Part shown: positions 1 to 12,544 of the stretch, one piece after another
Layout: each line of letters begins with the position of its first letter
Numbering within the stretch: position 1 is the first letter of the stretch
NCBI GenBank assembly: GCA_002104945.1
Contig: MCFH01000001.1
Location: forward strand, 372,001 to 436,000
Reading direction: 5' to 3'
Length of the DNA stretch: 64,000 bases
Origin: Piromyces finnis finn
Taxonomy: Eukaryota; Fungi; Neocallimastigomycota
Notes under the pieces: generated by a model
What the model was told of the DNA's origin: nothing
The model's input: only the letters and a program-made list of their open reading frames with translations
Database searches by the model: none
Translations under genes and position numbers: made by a program

Positions 1-924
1 ATATGTCCTAGTGGACAATGTTGTTCAAAATATGGTTACTGTGGTACAACAAGTGACCACTGTAGTACTGGTTGTCAAGCTAATTATGGTATTTGTACTA
101 ATAGCACAATAACTACCACAAATAGTGATCTTTGTGGTAAAGAAACTGGAAATAAATGTGCAAATAATTTATGTTGTTCAAAATATGGTTATTGTGGGGA
201 TTCAGATGCCCATTGTTCCGTTAGCCAAGGATGTCAAGCTGGTTATGGACGTTGTGGTGATTTTGTTTCTAACTCTAAATTACAATACTATTACAAGTGT
301 AAAAACCCAAATCACTGGGCTCTTTCCTTTGATGATGGACCATACAAATATGATATGGAATTACTCAATCTTCTTAAAAAAAAAGGTGTTAAAGCCACTT
401 TCTTCCTTAATGGTAATAATGTTTTAGATATCACTTCAAAAAAGGGTGAGGCAATTGTTAAAAGAATGTATAAGGATGGACATGTTATTGGTTCACATAC
501 TTGGAAACACAGTGACCTTACCCTTCTCAGTAAAGAAGAGATTATTAGCGAAATGACAAAGTTAGAGAATGTTCTTCAAAAATATATTGGTAAGAAACCT
601 GCTTTTATGCGTCCACCATATGGTTCTGGTGCTAATAATGCTGAAATTGCTTCTATTTTATCTGATCTTGGATACACCGCTTCTTGTATATGGAATGTTG
701 ATACTTTAGATTGGGATAAAGTTGGGGATATTGATTATTCTATTAAAGTTTTTAAAAGTAATTTAGGTAATCCAATTATGTCTTTAAACCATTGTTTTTA
801 TGAAGGTATTACTGAAGCTACCTTACTTGCTTTAGCTGAAGCAGAAATTGATTTTATGTTATCTAAAGGATATACACCAGTAACAATGGATGTTTGTCTT
901 GGACTTGATGCTTATCAAAAATAA
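1..924 (+). CDS. Chitin deacetylase (CE4/NodB) with at least two N-terminal CBM18 chitin-binding domains; 5' end lies outside the window
   Basis: Frame 1 is open from base 1: CCSKYGYCG twice (hevein/CBM18), then SFDDGP, HTWKH, RPPYG, DTLDW, LNH (all five CE4 motifs intact); stop at 922-924; no intron in the visible part. Confidence 0.93.
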   Translation: MCPSGQCCSKYGYCGTTSDHCSTGCQANYGICTNSTITTTNSDLCGKETGNKCANNLCCSKYGYCGDSDAHCSVSQGCQAGYGRCGDFVSNSKLQYYYKCKNPNHWALSFDDGPYKYDMELLNLLKKKGVKATFFLNGNNVLDITSKKGEAIVKRMYKDGHVIGSHTWKHSDLTLLSKEEIISEMTKLENVLQKYIGKKPAFMRPPYGSGANNAEIASILSDLGYTASCIWNVDTLDWDKVGDIDYSIKVFKSNLGNPIMSLNHCFYEGITEATLLALAEAEIDFMLSKGYTPVTMDVCLGLDAYQK

Positions 925-2309
925 GTTAATGTCAATTAAGGAATAACAACCTTTGTTTTTTTTTTTTTTTAATAAGAAAAAATATAGGACAAAAGATACA
1001 AATAAATTAAAGTGATAAATCTAATTATTTTAATAACATATAAATGTATTGCTTTTATTATTATTATTTTTTTTTTTATAAATATATCAAATCAAATCAG
1101 ATTAATTACACAATTATTATTTTTAAATTAAGTATTAATATTTACAACTGTATATCTATTATCTATCCAACATATATATTTTTTAACAAAATAAAATTTT
1201 ATTTATAATCAAAAGAAAAGACAAAAATACAATTAAAATATTTACTTTTAATTGTTATTCAATTTTATAAAAATTCATTTTCAGTATTTTATTAATGCCA
1301 ATTCAAAATTGAAAATTATACTATTATCAATCTAAGTTAACTAATAAAAAAAAAATAAAAATAAAAATAAAATTAATTTTTTGTATCACTGATATAATTT
1401 ATAAATTTTCACATATATAACCATACCATAATACAATTATCAAATGATATTTTTTTTTATTATTTTCAACCTAATTTCAATATCAATTCATGTAGTTATT
1501 ACATAAGCAATTATATATATATATACATTTAAAATAAGTATACATTAAATAAAATAATTTAAGTATTTATATACATATAATACATAAACTTATCATTGTT
1601 GCTATCTGTTATTATTATTTATAATGTTTTTAATTTAACTATTAAAGATTTATTTATATTTTATTTTATCTATCTATTTATTTATTTTTTTCAAAATAAA
1701 TAATATTTTATGAACCTTTAAGTATTTTATGTTATTAAATTATCTAAACATCAAAATAATTTTAGTGTAGTATCAATAATAAAAAATATTTAGAATATTA
1801 ATTAATATTTTGGATTAGAGTTAAAAATATCATACAATAAATATTTTTATTATAGTGAGTTATAATGATTTTATTTTTTCATATTTCTCTAAAACCGTCT
1901 GCATAATTTTATAAATACCTTTGTTATATAGTTCTTACAAAACTGTAATTCAGTATAATTTTATTAAATTTTACATTATTTCTAATGAATTTTATGTTGT
2001 CTTATTCAGCATACTAATTCTAAATAGTTTTTATTTTTTAAATTTACAGCATCAAGAGAACTTACATTTCATTTAGAAATAAACGGGGAAAAAAATAATA
2101 ATAATAAATTATATTTAGTTGAATTAATATTAATAACGTTGTTAAATATAAATTATTAATTATTTTTTTAATTTTGTAAAATGTATATTATTTATTCATG
2201 ATTTGTTAATCTTGTTCAATTTAATCTTTTAATTTCATTTTTATTTTTATTCTTTTTTATAATAATACATTTTGATAAGTATTAATCACCACACCTATTT
2301 CTTAATAAA

Positions 2310-2311
<2 letters not shown>

Positions 2312-2358
<47 letters not shown>

Positions 2359-2890
2359 TTCCGAGTGCATTTCTCCCATCGATCAGAGTTAGCTCCAATG
2401 GTGGTTCTTAGAGAAACGTTGGCTCATTCCTATTGCTAGGTGGTTGTGACCCTCCTGGTCTGTCATACTGTTTCTTCAGCTTCGACGCTCACTTAATCCA
2501 TGTACATTAGATGCATGTCGTTGTACGATATTTCACAACTACAATGCTAAGCCTCTTATAGTCAATTTGATCACGTGTCAACCGCCCCCTAATGTTTACA
2601 CTTAAATTGATTAAGGAATATTATGTGTTTTTGGCATAGCCTAAGTCACCACTTATTAAGTTCTAATTTGGAATGTACCATGTACACTAGACCCTCTCAG
2701 GCCGGCTAGACGAGTGTTATTATCATAGTAGTAAATTAGAAAGTTCATTTATACTTACCTGAATATCATAACCCAACCCATGGCAAACCCAGTGGGAAAA
2801 TCCACAGGCACTGACATCTGCGGGGTCGAACCAGAAGCCTTATGTATGCTAAGGAAACGCCTTAACAACCAGGATAAAAACTGGAACGAC
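2312..2890 (-). mobile_element. Full-length tRNA-derived SINE, copy 1 (535-bp body plus 44-nt poly(A))
   Basis: Reverse complement of the copy at 62839-63373 with no difference found by eye; B-box GGTTCGACCCC; poly-T 2312-2355 on + strand; direct repeat cttaataaaca(ttt) at 2301 and 2890 flanks it (TSD). Confidence 0.9.
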
Positions 2891-3666
2891 TTAATAAACA
2901 TTTATTTTTATTATTATTTAATATTTAAAATTTCCTTTTTATTATTATGTTTTTGTAGTGGTTAAATTATAACTCTTATTATTGTGTTTTTTTTATTAAT
3001 AAATAAGGTTTTATTAAATATTTTGAATGTGCCGTTTTCTATGATGATAAATGAAAGATTTTTAAAAAAATGGCCGCATTTCATTTATTTAATAATTTGT
3101 AATAAAGAAATGGCACCTCAATATCTATTGGTCAATAATAATAAAAAAAAGTTTTAATAATGATTTCTTCTAGTATTTTCATTTTTTTTTTTTTTTATCA
3201 AATGTTTTTTTTTTTTATTTTATTATGTGTAAAAAAAAAAAAAAAAGGGAATGAATAAAGGATACTAAAGTTGGGATATCGGCTGATAAAAAAAAGTTAT
3301 AATGAACAAGAATTATAAAATAAAGTGTTGCTTACATTTAGAAAAAAAAAAATAAAATTTTTTTATATTAAATTTTTATTGGTATTAATAATAATTAATT
3401 TTATTTTTAATTATTATTTATATTAATAATATTAAAATTAATAAAATCAAAAATATTTTTAATTTTATTATTGTTTAAAAAGTAATTGAATGGATATATA
3501 AAGCCAAAGAATTCTTTTAATAATAATAACTTTTTTTTTTTTAAAGAAATAAAAGCATATTATTTAAAAAGAGTATTTAAACAACATTAATATTTAAAAG
3601 TTTTAAAATAAATAATAAATAATAATTTGAATACAATACATAATAATAATTAAAAAAAAAAAAAGA

Positions 3667-4885
3667 ATGGTTTTGGTATCAAATTTGAAAAAAACTTTAT
3701 TGTTTATTACACTTTCTTCATTTATTAAATCTAGTATTGCTTTAGAACAATTCATCACTTGTATCAATAATGGAGATATTGCTTTAACTTTTGATGATGG
3801 TCCAAGTTTAGATTATACTAGTAGAATTCTTGATATTCTTGATTATGAAGATGTCAAAGCTACTTTTTTTGTTAACGGTATGAATACATGTGATTTAAAG
3901 AATAATCAAGTTGCTAGAGTATGTTTCTAACCAATATTAAATAAACATGAAAAGAAAATAATAGTAATAATAAAAGAATAGTAAAAGAAAAATATCATTA
4001 ATATTTATAGAATGAATGAATATTTATTTTTTTATTTTTCCTTAATAATAGGATATTATAAAAAGAGAGTATGAAAGTGGTCATGTTATTGCTAGTCATA
4101 CCTATTCTCATCCTCTTACTGGTATTACACCTTTAGGCGAAAAAAAATTGACTTTTGAAATTAATGCATTAAATAATATCCTTTATGATATTGTTGGTGT
4201 AAAACCAGCTTTCTTTAGACCTCCTTTAGGTGAATATACTCCTGAAAACGCAATAGTTCTCGAAAACTGTGGTATCACTGCTGTAAGAAATATTGAATAT
4301 ATTTCAAATTATAATTTAATAAATTTTTTTTCATTTTAATTAATTATTTTATTTTATTCTTTTTTTTTTTTTAAATTTATTATTTAGAATATTTTATGGA
4401 ATTTAGATTCAGAAGATTGGAATTCTCAATATAATGCCACTCAACAATATGTTGATATATTGGGAACTAGTGATCCATCAGTATCTTCATTTATTACATT
4501 AAATCATGATATTCAAGAAGTAACTGCTATGCAAAATTTGCCTATAGTCATTCCATATATTAAAAGTCTCGGATACCGATTTGTTACTATGGATGTATGT
4601 ACTGGTATGAGCGCATATCAAGATGGTAGTAATCCTCCTAAAGTTAGTACAAATTCAACTTCATATAAAAAAGGTAATAATCCTTATATCCCAATAACCT
4701 CTAATTTAAATTCAAACGGTAACACATACGGTAACACATATGGAATGTCTAATAACATGAATAGTTATGATGCTGTCAACAATGAAGGAATAACTTTCGA
4801 TCTTGAGGCTGGTGGTGCAATTCATTCTCATTCTTTTGGATTATTCGCACTATCCTTTTTATTTATCATTTTTTATTTAATTTAA
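3667..4885 (+). CDS. Probably GPI-anchored CE4 chitin deacetylase, 3 exons (3667-3918, 4052-4282, 4388-4885), ~326 aa, catalytic motifs intact
   Basis: Signal-peptide-like N-terminus; TFDDGP, HTYSH, RPPLG, DSEDW, LNH; two phase-0 GT-AG introns give one continuous frame; hydrophobic C-terminal tail ([16 protein letters not shown]). Confidence 0.9.
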
Positions 4886-5563
4886 TTTAATTAGATGTAT
4901 ACATTACATGATACCATTTTTCAATACATGTATATAAACAAAAAACGACTAAATTAAGCTATTTTTTAAAAAATTTATTATATATTAATAATAATAATAA
5001 TATAATTATTATTTTATAACTATCTATCATTATCTTTTAATATATCTTTATTTAATAAAGTGGTTCATTCTTTTATCACCGACTTTTTCTATTTTCCAAT
5101 AATATAATATATGAAAGTTTTCTTTGACATTATTTATTTTAAGTATCAACACTTTTTAATTATTTTTTTTTTTCTAATAGCAAAATTAAGATACACATTT
5201 ACTTTAAATTTTAATAAGATGATTTATATATATCATTTGCTACATAAAATGTGATATTTTGTAATACTACATAAAAAATATTTTTCTATTCCTTATACTT
5301 TGGTCATAAATAAAAAAAAAAAAAAACTTTTTAAATTAAGATTTTTTTTGGCTCTTTATTTAATTATTGATATTTTAATTATAATATAAATTATTTATTA
5401 ATATAATTATAAAAAATTATTTTAATAAAATTCTTTTATAAAAATTTAATTATATTAACATAATAGTAATAAAGAATAATATATTACTTATTTCTAATAT
5501 ATATTTAAAAGAATTCAAAAAAAATATAAACTATTAGGTAACTTAAAAAAAGTCTATCAATTC

Positions 5564-7941
5564 TTAAAATAATAAATATAATGAAGAAATAAGAATCATA
5601 ACGAATGAAGAGGTAATTGGATTAATCTTAATAAATCCGCTTTCACTAAGTTCACCATTATCACTAGATTCACCATTATCAGTATTAACAGTATTACCAT
5701 TATTTATGGTATTAGAGTTGGAGTTGTTACCATTATTGATATTGTTTCCATTGTTACTAACTGGTTTTTCTTCATCTTCACTTTCATTGTCACTTACTTG
5801 GACATATTCGTTATCATTGTCACTATCGACATCGTCATCATCAATATCAATATCTTTATCATTTTCACTTTCACTTTCATTGTCACCTTCACTGCTACTT
5901 TCACTATCACTTGTTGGTTTTGGACCTAATGAAGTAGTGGTTTCAGTAGTAGTGGTTTCAGTAGTAGTGGTTTCAGTAGTAGTAGTTTCAGTAGAAGTAG
6001 TTTCTTCAGTTGTGGTAGAAGTGGAAGTAGTTTCTTCAGTAGTGGTAGAAGTGGAAGTAGTTTCTTCAGTAGTGGTAGAAGTGGAAGTAGTTTCTTCAGT
6101 AGTGGTAGAAGTGGAAGTTGTTTCTTCAGTAGTGGTAGAAGTGGAAGTTGTTTCTTCAGTAGTAGTAGAAGTGGAAGTTGTTTCTTTAGTAGTAGTAGAA
6201 GTGGAAGTTGTTTCTTCAGTAGTAGTGGTTGAAGTTGTTTCTTCAGTAGTAGTAGAAGTGGAAGTAGTTTCTTCAGTAGTAGTAGAAGTGGAAGTTGTTT
6301 CTTCAGTTGTAGTGGTTGAAGTAGTTTCTTCAGTTGTAGTGGTTGAAGTTGTTTCTTCAGTAGTAGTAGAAGTGGAAGTAGTTTCTTCAGTAGTAGTGGT
6401 TGAAGTAGTTTCTTCAGTAGTAGTGGTTGAAGTAGTTTCTTCAGTTGTAGTGGTTGAAGTAGTTTCTTCAGTTGTAGTGGTTGAAGTAGTTTCTTCAGTT
6501 GTAGTGGTTGAAGTAGTTTCTTCAGTTGTAGTGGTTGAAGTAGTTTCTTCTTCAGTAGTAGTGGTTGAAGTAGTTTCTTCTTCAGTAGTAGTGGTTGAAG
6601 TAGTTTCTTCAGTTGTAGTGGTTGAAGTAGTTTCTTCTTCAGTTGTAGTGGTTGAAGTAGTTTCTTCTTCAGTAGTAGTGGTTGAAGTAGTTTCTTCTTC
6701 AGTAGTAGTGGTTGAAGTAGTTTCTTCAATAGTAGTAGTAGATGTTACAGTAGTAGTAATTGGTATAGTTGTGGTAGTAGTAGTTGTTGTTGTTGTAGTA
6801 ATGGTAGTAGTTGTTGTAATTGGTTCTTCGAAATTTGTGGTGGTATCTTCAATATCAACATCATCATCATCAAAATCTTCAAGAAATTCAATAATAGTTG
6901 GGTATGCTGCTCTAGATGCTATTGATGGTTGTACAACTTTAGCCGAGGTAACTAAAGAATCTTCAACATATTCATCTTTTAATCTTTTAACTAATAAAGT
7001 ATCCTCTTCATCAATTTCTTGATAAGCATTTACACCAATACATTCATCTATTGTAACAAATTTATATCCTAAACTTTTTACATAAATAATTATATTTTCC
7101 AATTCGTTTACAGGAGAATTATCATGATTTAGTGTAATAAATGAGTCTGTAGATGGATCTGAATTATCTAATATATTTTTAAATTGTTCTATACCCTTTG
7201 AATTTTTATTCCAATCTTCTGAATCTAAATTCCATAAGATATTCTTTTAATTTTTTTTTTAATTTAATAAATATAAATTATATATTTAAAAAAAATTGGT
7301 ATAAAATATTTTAATAATATTAATAATAGGTTCATATATTATAAATTTTTTCTTTTTTTTACATACAGCATTGAAATCACATTCTTCAAGAACTTCTAAC
7401 TTTGATTCATTATAATCACCATTTGGTGGTCTAAATAATGCTGGCTTAACACCAATAATATCATAAATTGCATTATTTAATTTATTAAGATCTTCTTCTA
7501 ATTCTTCATTACTTAATTTTGAAATACCAATTGGGTATGAATAAGTGTTACTTCCTATGATATGACCTTCACTAAATTGTCTTTCAATGATATCCTATAT
7601 TATTTATTTATTTGATTATTTATTCATTCATTCATTTAATAATTAATATTCAATCAATAATATGTATTTTTTAAAAAAAAATGGAAAATTTTTTATACCT
7701 TTAAACTTTGATTTTCAATAATACCATCTTTTTTTCCATTTACAAAAAATGTTGCTTTAACATTTTCTTTTTTAAGAATATTTAATATACTTTCGGTATA
7801 TAAAACATCTGGACCATCTTCAAATGTTAATGCAATTTCTCCTGGATTACTACAATGATTATATGTTTCGATGTTAACAGCGGTTACTGCATTAAAAATT
7901 GCTGTTAATATTAATAATGATTTTTTAAAACAGGAAAACAT
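5564..7941 (-). CDS. Probably GPI-anchored CE4-fold protein with long Thr/Glu mucin-like stalk, predicted catalytically inactive; 3 exons (7941-7699, 7594-7367, 7243-5564), ~716 aa
   Basis: Spliced translation gives TFEDGP, GSNTYSYP (instead of HTYSH), RPPNG, DSEDW, LNH; then a ~460-aa T/E/D-rich region and a hydrophobic C-terminal tail; both GT-AG introns are phase 0. Confidence 0.9.
5930..6810 (-). repeat. Coding minisatellite of 21-27-nt units encoding (E)ETTSTTTT / EETTSTSTTT repeats
   Basis: About 30 tandem units such as gaagtagtttcttcagtagtagtggtt on the + strand, inside the last exon of the 5564-7941 gene. Confidence 0.9.
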
Positions 7942-9479
7942 TTTTAATGTATTTTTTATAATTATTTAAATTAGTAATTATTTTTTTTATTGATGTTTAA
8001 ATATTGTTAAGACAAAACTATGTTTTTTTTTTTTTTTATTATTATTATATAAATTATTTTATTGTTAATGATATTAAAAAAAAAAAAAAAGAAGAAAAAA
8101 TTGGCATTTTTATGTGTTTTTCGTTTCCATAATTTAACTAATAATAAAAAATAATTTTCTGATAATAATTAATATTAAATTTAAATTTATTTCAAATTCA
8201 AAGTTAATTAACATTAATTAAAAAATAATTATTTAATAATTGATATTTTAAATATTTTAATGGATTTATTATACTAATTAGTCAAGCAGTTTAAATGAAT
8301 ATTTAAATATCCATCTAAATTCAAAAAAATATTTTTTTTTATTATTAATAGGAAAATATATCCAATAATATGAATAAAATATAATAATTAAAAGAGTAAC
8401 ATTAAGTTTATTATAATAAACTTTTTTGAATAACTTTATTACAATGTAATTTAAAGAAGAGTAAACTTTAATCATAATAATTACAATTTCAAAAATAAAA
8501 TTTAAAATTAAAATAAAAAACTATATAATTAAAATTGCAATTATTATATTAATTATGTGGAATACAAGATTTGATTATTATTGACATTATTGATTCTTAA
8601 TTCATGTTTGATTGATGTAAGCTAATATCAAACAATTTATCATACTTCATTTTTGATGAAAATAAGTATATAAAAGTTTCTAAAATTTTAATTAATATTA
8701 TTTATTTCTTATCAATCCACCTATTAAATGATTTTTTGATCTTTATCGCAGTTAAATAAAAATGATAATAGTTAACTTTAAAAGTCCATAATTATCATTT
8801 AAGTTTTATTTTATCAAACAATAAAAATAGAGAATAAATATTATTGAATATTTTTGGATTTTAAATCCATTTATACACATTTATTAATATAATGTAATAA
8901 ATTATATACTACAAAGAATACTAAATTAATTAAATAGATCAAAAGAAATATATAAAAAGAAATATATATTTTATATATATTTCATATTTTACTTTAAATA
9001 TTTATACGTATTCAAGATAAAATATTTTATATCATTGTCATAATGTTAATTATTCAATAAGGTTTAAATAGTTACTTTAAATATTTATAAATATTTTATG
9101 TAATGTTAATTATTTAATAATTAAATATTTAAACTTTATTTATTTAATTAAAATATTTTATAAAAAAAATAAGAAAAAAAAGAATTATGAAAAAAAATTT
9201 TGGATAAATATTTAATTATTATAATAATAGGATTTAGTTAAAAAAAAAGTTTAAAATTTGTATTGACATAATACATTTCATTTATTATTTATTACTAAGC
9301 AATATATTTCATATTTAATATTAATTCTATAATTAAAAGCATTTTGAGAAAAATTAAATATATTTGTCTATAAAATTATACATTTTAATTAGTAGAAAAA
9401 ATTATTTGATGATAATTTAATAATTTAATTTATTATTATTTTTTTATTAGAGTTATTTCTCAACTCATTTTAGTAATAA

Positions 9480-10320
9480 CGGATGGATCAACACATTTAT
9501 CTATATAAAGTGTCATTGAATAGTAAATACACATAAAGTCATTATTATTAGATAGAAGATAATCATTGGCGTCGTAAACATTAATTGGTTCATATTTAGC
9601 ATTATCTGAAGCATTATAGGTAGTATTAACTTCTAGATTCTATAGCTAATTTTGAAACATTGTTATTTTTTAAATTTAAAATATCGACTTCATTAAATGT
9701 TTTATGGTCTCTATACAATAATTTACCACCAATAATAATCATAGTATAATCATCATAGAATAACATTTTACCTTCTTTGAAGGTATCCCCAATATTTAAG
9801 ATATCCTCATCTGCATCATAGGCATGGTTGAAGATTTCACCAAGTGCCCATTTATATTCTCCATCGCTTAATTAAATTTTTATTATTAGAAATTAAATTA
9901 GTAATATCGGTCCTTTTTGTAGTATTTTTTGTGAATTTTATATTTATTATTATTTAATGTAATTTTAGCTTCATTGAAACTATTTCGATTCTACAACTTC
10001 CATCATGAAATGGATGAATCTTTCATTTTCATGGCAACTCCATATGTTTATATATCTTTACTATTTTTAATAAATTCCATTAATTTATTACTATTACCTC
10101 CATACACAGTATCTGTTGATTGATTATCATCACCTCCAATATATTTAAAATAACGCCCTATATTATTAACAATAAGCTACACCAAACCATGTAGGTTCAA
10201 TGTATTTCGAATACTCTTCAATAAACTGTTTCGTTTTTTAGAGTTAATATAAATGAGATCGACTATTTTTGTGATATCATTATAGTCGTGCATACAAAAC
10301 TCCTTTTTATCTGTCTTTAC
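9480..10320 (-). pseudogene. Degraded coding-like fragment of unidentified family
   Basis: Less AT-rich than the flanks; minus-strand frames give protein-like stretches (KQFIEEYSKYIEPTWFGVAYC; SDGEYKWALGEIFNHAYDADEDILNIGDTFKEGKMLFYDD...) broken by stops and frameshifts. Confidence 0.35.
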
Positions 10321-11046
10321 AAAAAAATATAATTAAGAAAATAAAAGATTTTATTCTTAATTATATTGAGGTGTTAAGGATATTTAAAAATGGTGTATCC
10401 AAATTGAATTATGATAAAGATAATTTCATTAATGGTATCTCAGAAAACGATATAAATAACACGGAAAAAGCATTCAATAAAATATAAAATATTCAACACT
10501 ATTGTTGATAATGAAGGAAATAAATTAGTATATTATAATATATTTAATAATGATAATCAATCTAAATTACATAAAGATATATTAATTAAAAATGTTAATA
10601 AATAAATTCTTATAATTTATTAAACGAAAACTCCGAGAAATGCACATTTGCATGTTACTTAATTTTGGTAAAGATAATAAAGAATTTGATTAAGTAGTTT
10701 TTTTCATGATATATTGTATTGTATTCCACAAGTTTTGAAAGAATCATAATTTTTTTTTATATATATACATTATACACTAAAAGTTAAGATAAAAAAAAAA
10801 CATCACTCTATATTTCATTAGTAATTATTTTTATATTCATTTCTTATTAAAGAGAATATTTTAAAATTATAATTTATTTATAATTATATATACTTTTTTT
10901 CTTTTTTTTATTTTATTTCATAACTTTTTATTTAAATATATATTTTTTATTATAATAATCTAAATTTTAATCTTTTTTAAAAAAATACAATTTTGTTTAT
11001 TAATACATAAATATTAATAAAAAATGTCTATTTCAAAATTTAAGAT

Positions 11047-12511
11047 TTAAAATAAAAAATAGAAAATAGTAAATAATAATACTAATAAAGTAGAATTAAT
11101 TGTGCTTATTCTAGTAAATCCATTAGATTCAGCATTTCCATTAAGAGAATTACCATCATAATTATTAATATTACCGTTTTTATTTGTATTAGTATTAGCA
11201 CCCATGTTTGAATTTTGATTTTGACTGTCTAAACTTTGGTTTTGACCTTCATATGGGGTTTCATCAATTTCAGCATTGTTAGCAATGTCTTGAATATTTA
11301 CACCTAAATTTTCTTCATCACTACTACTTTCAATTGCTTCATATTGAATATTTTCATTATCTTGGGTATTGTTAATGACATCCTCCTCACTATATTCATT
11401 ATTGATTTGATTATCACCATAATTCATTCCATTATTACCATTATTGTTATTGCTGTTGCTGTTGTTATTATAGCTGTTGTTGTTGTAGTTGCCATTTCCA
11501 TTTACATTGGTAATATTATTGTTAACAACAGTATTATTGCCACTATTACCATTATCATTTTCATCAGCACTGTCAATAACTTGGTCATCATTGATATTAG
11601 ATTCTATATTATCATCAATATTGTCTTCGACGTTATTTTCAATATTGTTATTATCAACATTGATATTATTGTTGCTTTCATTAATGTTTTCTTGGGTATC
11701 ATTGAAGTCATCATTGTTATTGCCATTATCATTTTCATCAGCACTATCAATAACTTGTTCATCATTAATATTACTTTCTATATTGTCATCAATATTGTCT
11801 ACAATATTGTTGTCAGCAATATTTTCAATAGTATTATCATCATTTATATTATCATTAATATTAACATCATCATTGTTATCATCAATATTTCCAATTTCAT
11901 TATTGTCTACTTCAATATTATCTTGAGAATTTTGAGAGTCATTATTATTGTTATCTTTGTTTTCGTTAGTTTCACCTTCATTATCATCATCGCTTTTATT
12001 ATCATCTTCCTCTTCATTGGAACTATCGTCACTACTACTGTTGTCATCATCCTTGTCATCATCCTTGTCATCATCCTTGTCATCATCCTTGTCATCATCC
12101 TTGTCATCATCCTTGTCATCCTCCTTTTCACTATCACTAACAACAATATCATTTCTATCATTATCAATTACTTCTTCAGCTTCTTCTTCATCACTAACTT
12201 GTGGTAAATCAATTTCATCATCGTTATATCTTTTTCCTAAGTTATCATCACTTAGAGGATCTGATTGGTATGGTTCCATACCAATACATTCACTCATAGT
12301 AACAAATTTATATCCAGATTCCTTACTATACTTTATTATTTTCTTTAAACTTTCTAATGTATTTCCTTGAATATCATGATTTAATGTGATAAATGAATTA
12401 CTACCTGAATCTAAATTTCCAAGAATTTCTATATATTGTTCGTAAGCATTTCTATTTTTATTACTCCAATCTTCAAAATCTAAATTCCATAAAATATTCT
12501 ATATTATTATA

Positions 12512-12544
<33 letters not shown>

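Noticed and set aside
2751-2890. Possible U1 snRNA gene starting ATACTTACCTG
   Set aside because: Downstream sequence lacks recognisable U1 loop I, loop II and Sm-site motifs, and it lies inside a TSD-flanked repeat in antisense to its poly(A).
2780-2965. 61-aa ORF
   Set aside because: Antisense reading of the SINE head running into AT-rich flank.
5930-6810. CRISPR-like array
   Set aside because: Tandem units without unique spacers, in frame in a eukaryotic exon; no cas genes.
5706-7022. 438-aa Val/Ser ORF on + strand and 267-aa Leu/Lys ORF (5926-6729, minus)
   Set aside because: Antisense and alternative-frame shadows of the Thr/Glu coding repeat of the real minus-strand gene.
12040-12125. 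(DDDK)n as host enteropeptidase cleavage sites
   Set aside because: The canonical site has four Asp; a 12-bp slippage repeat in an acidic stalk explains it.
11344-12370. Several Ile/Leu/Ser-rich ORFs overlapping the Asp/Asn stalk
   Set aside because: Shadow frames of low-complexity coding sequence.
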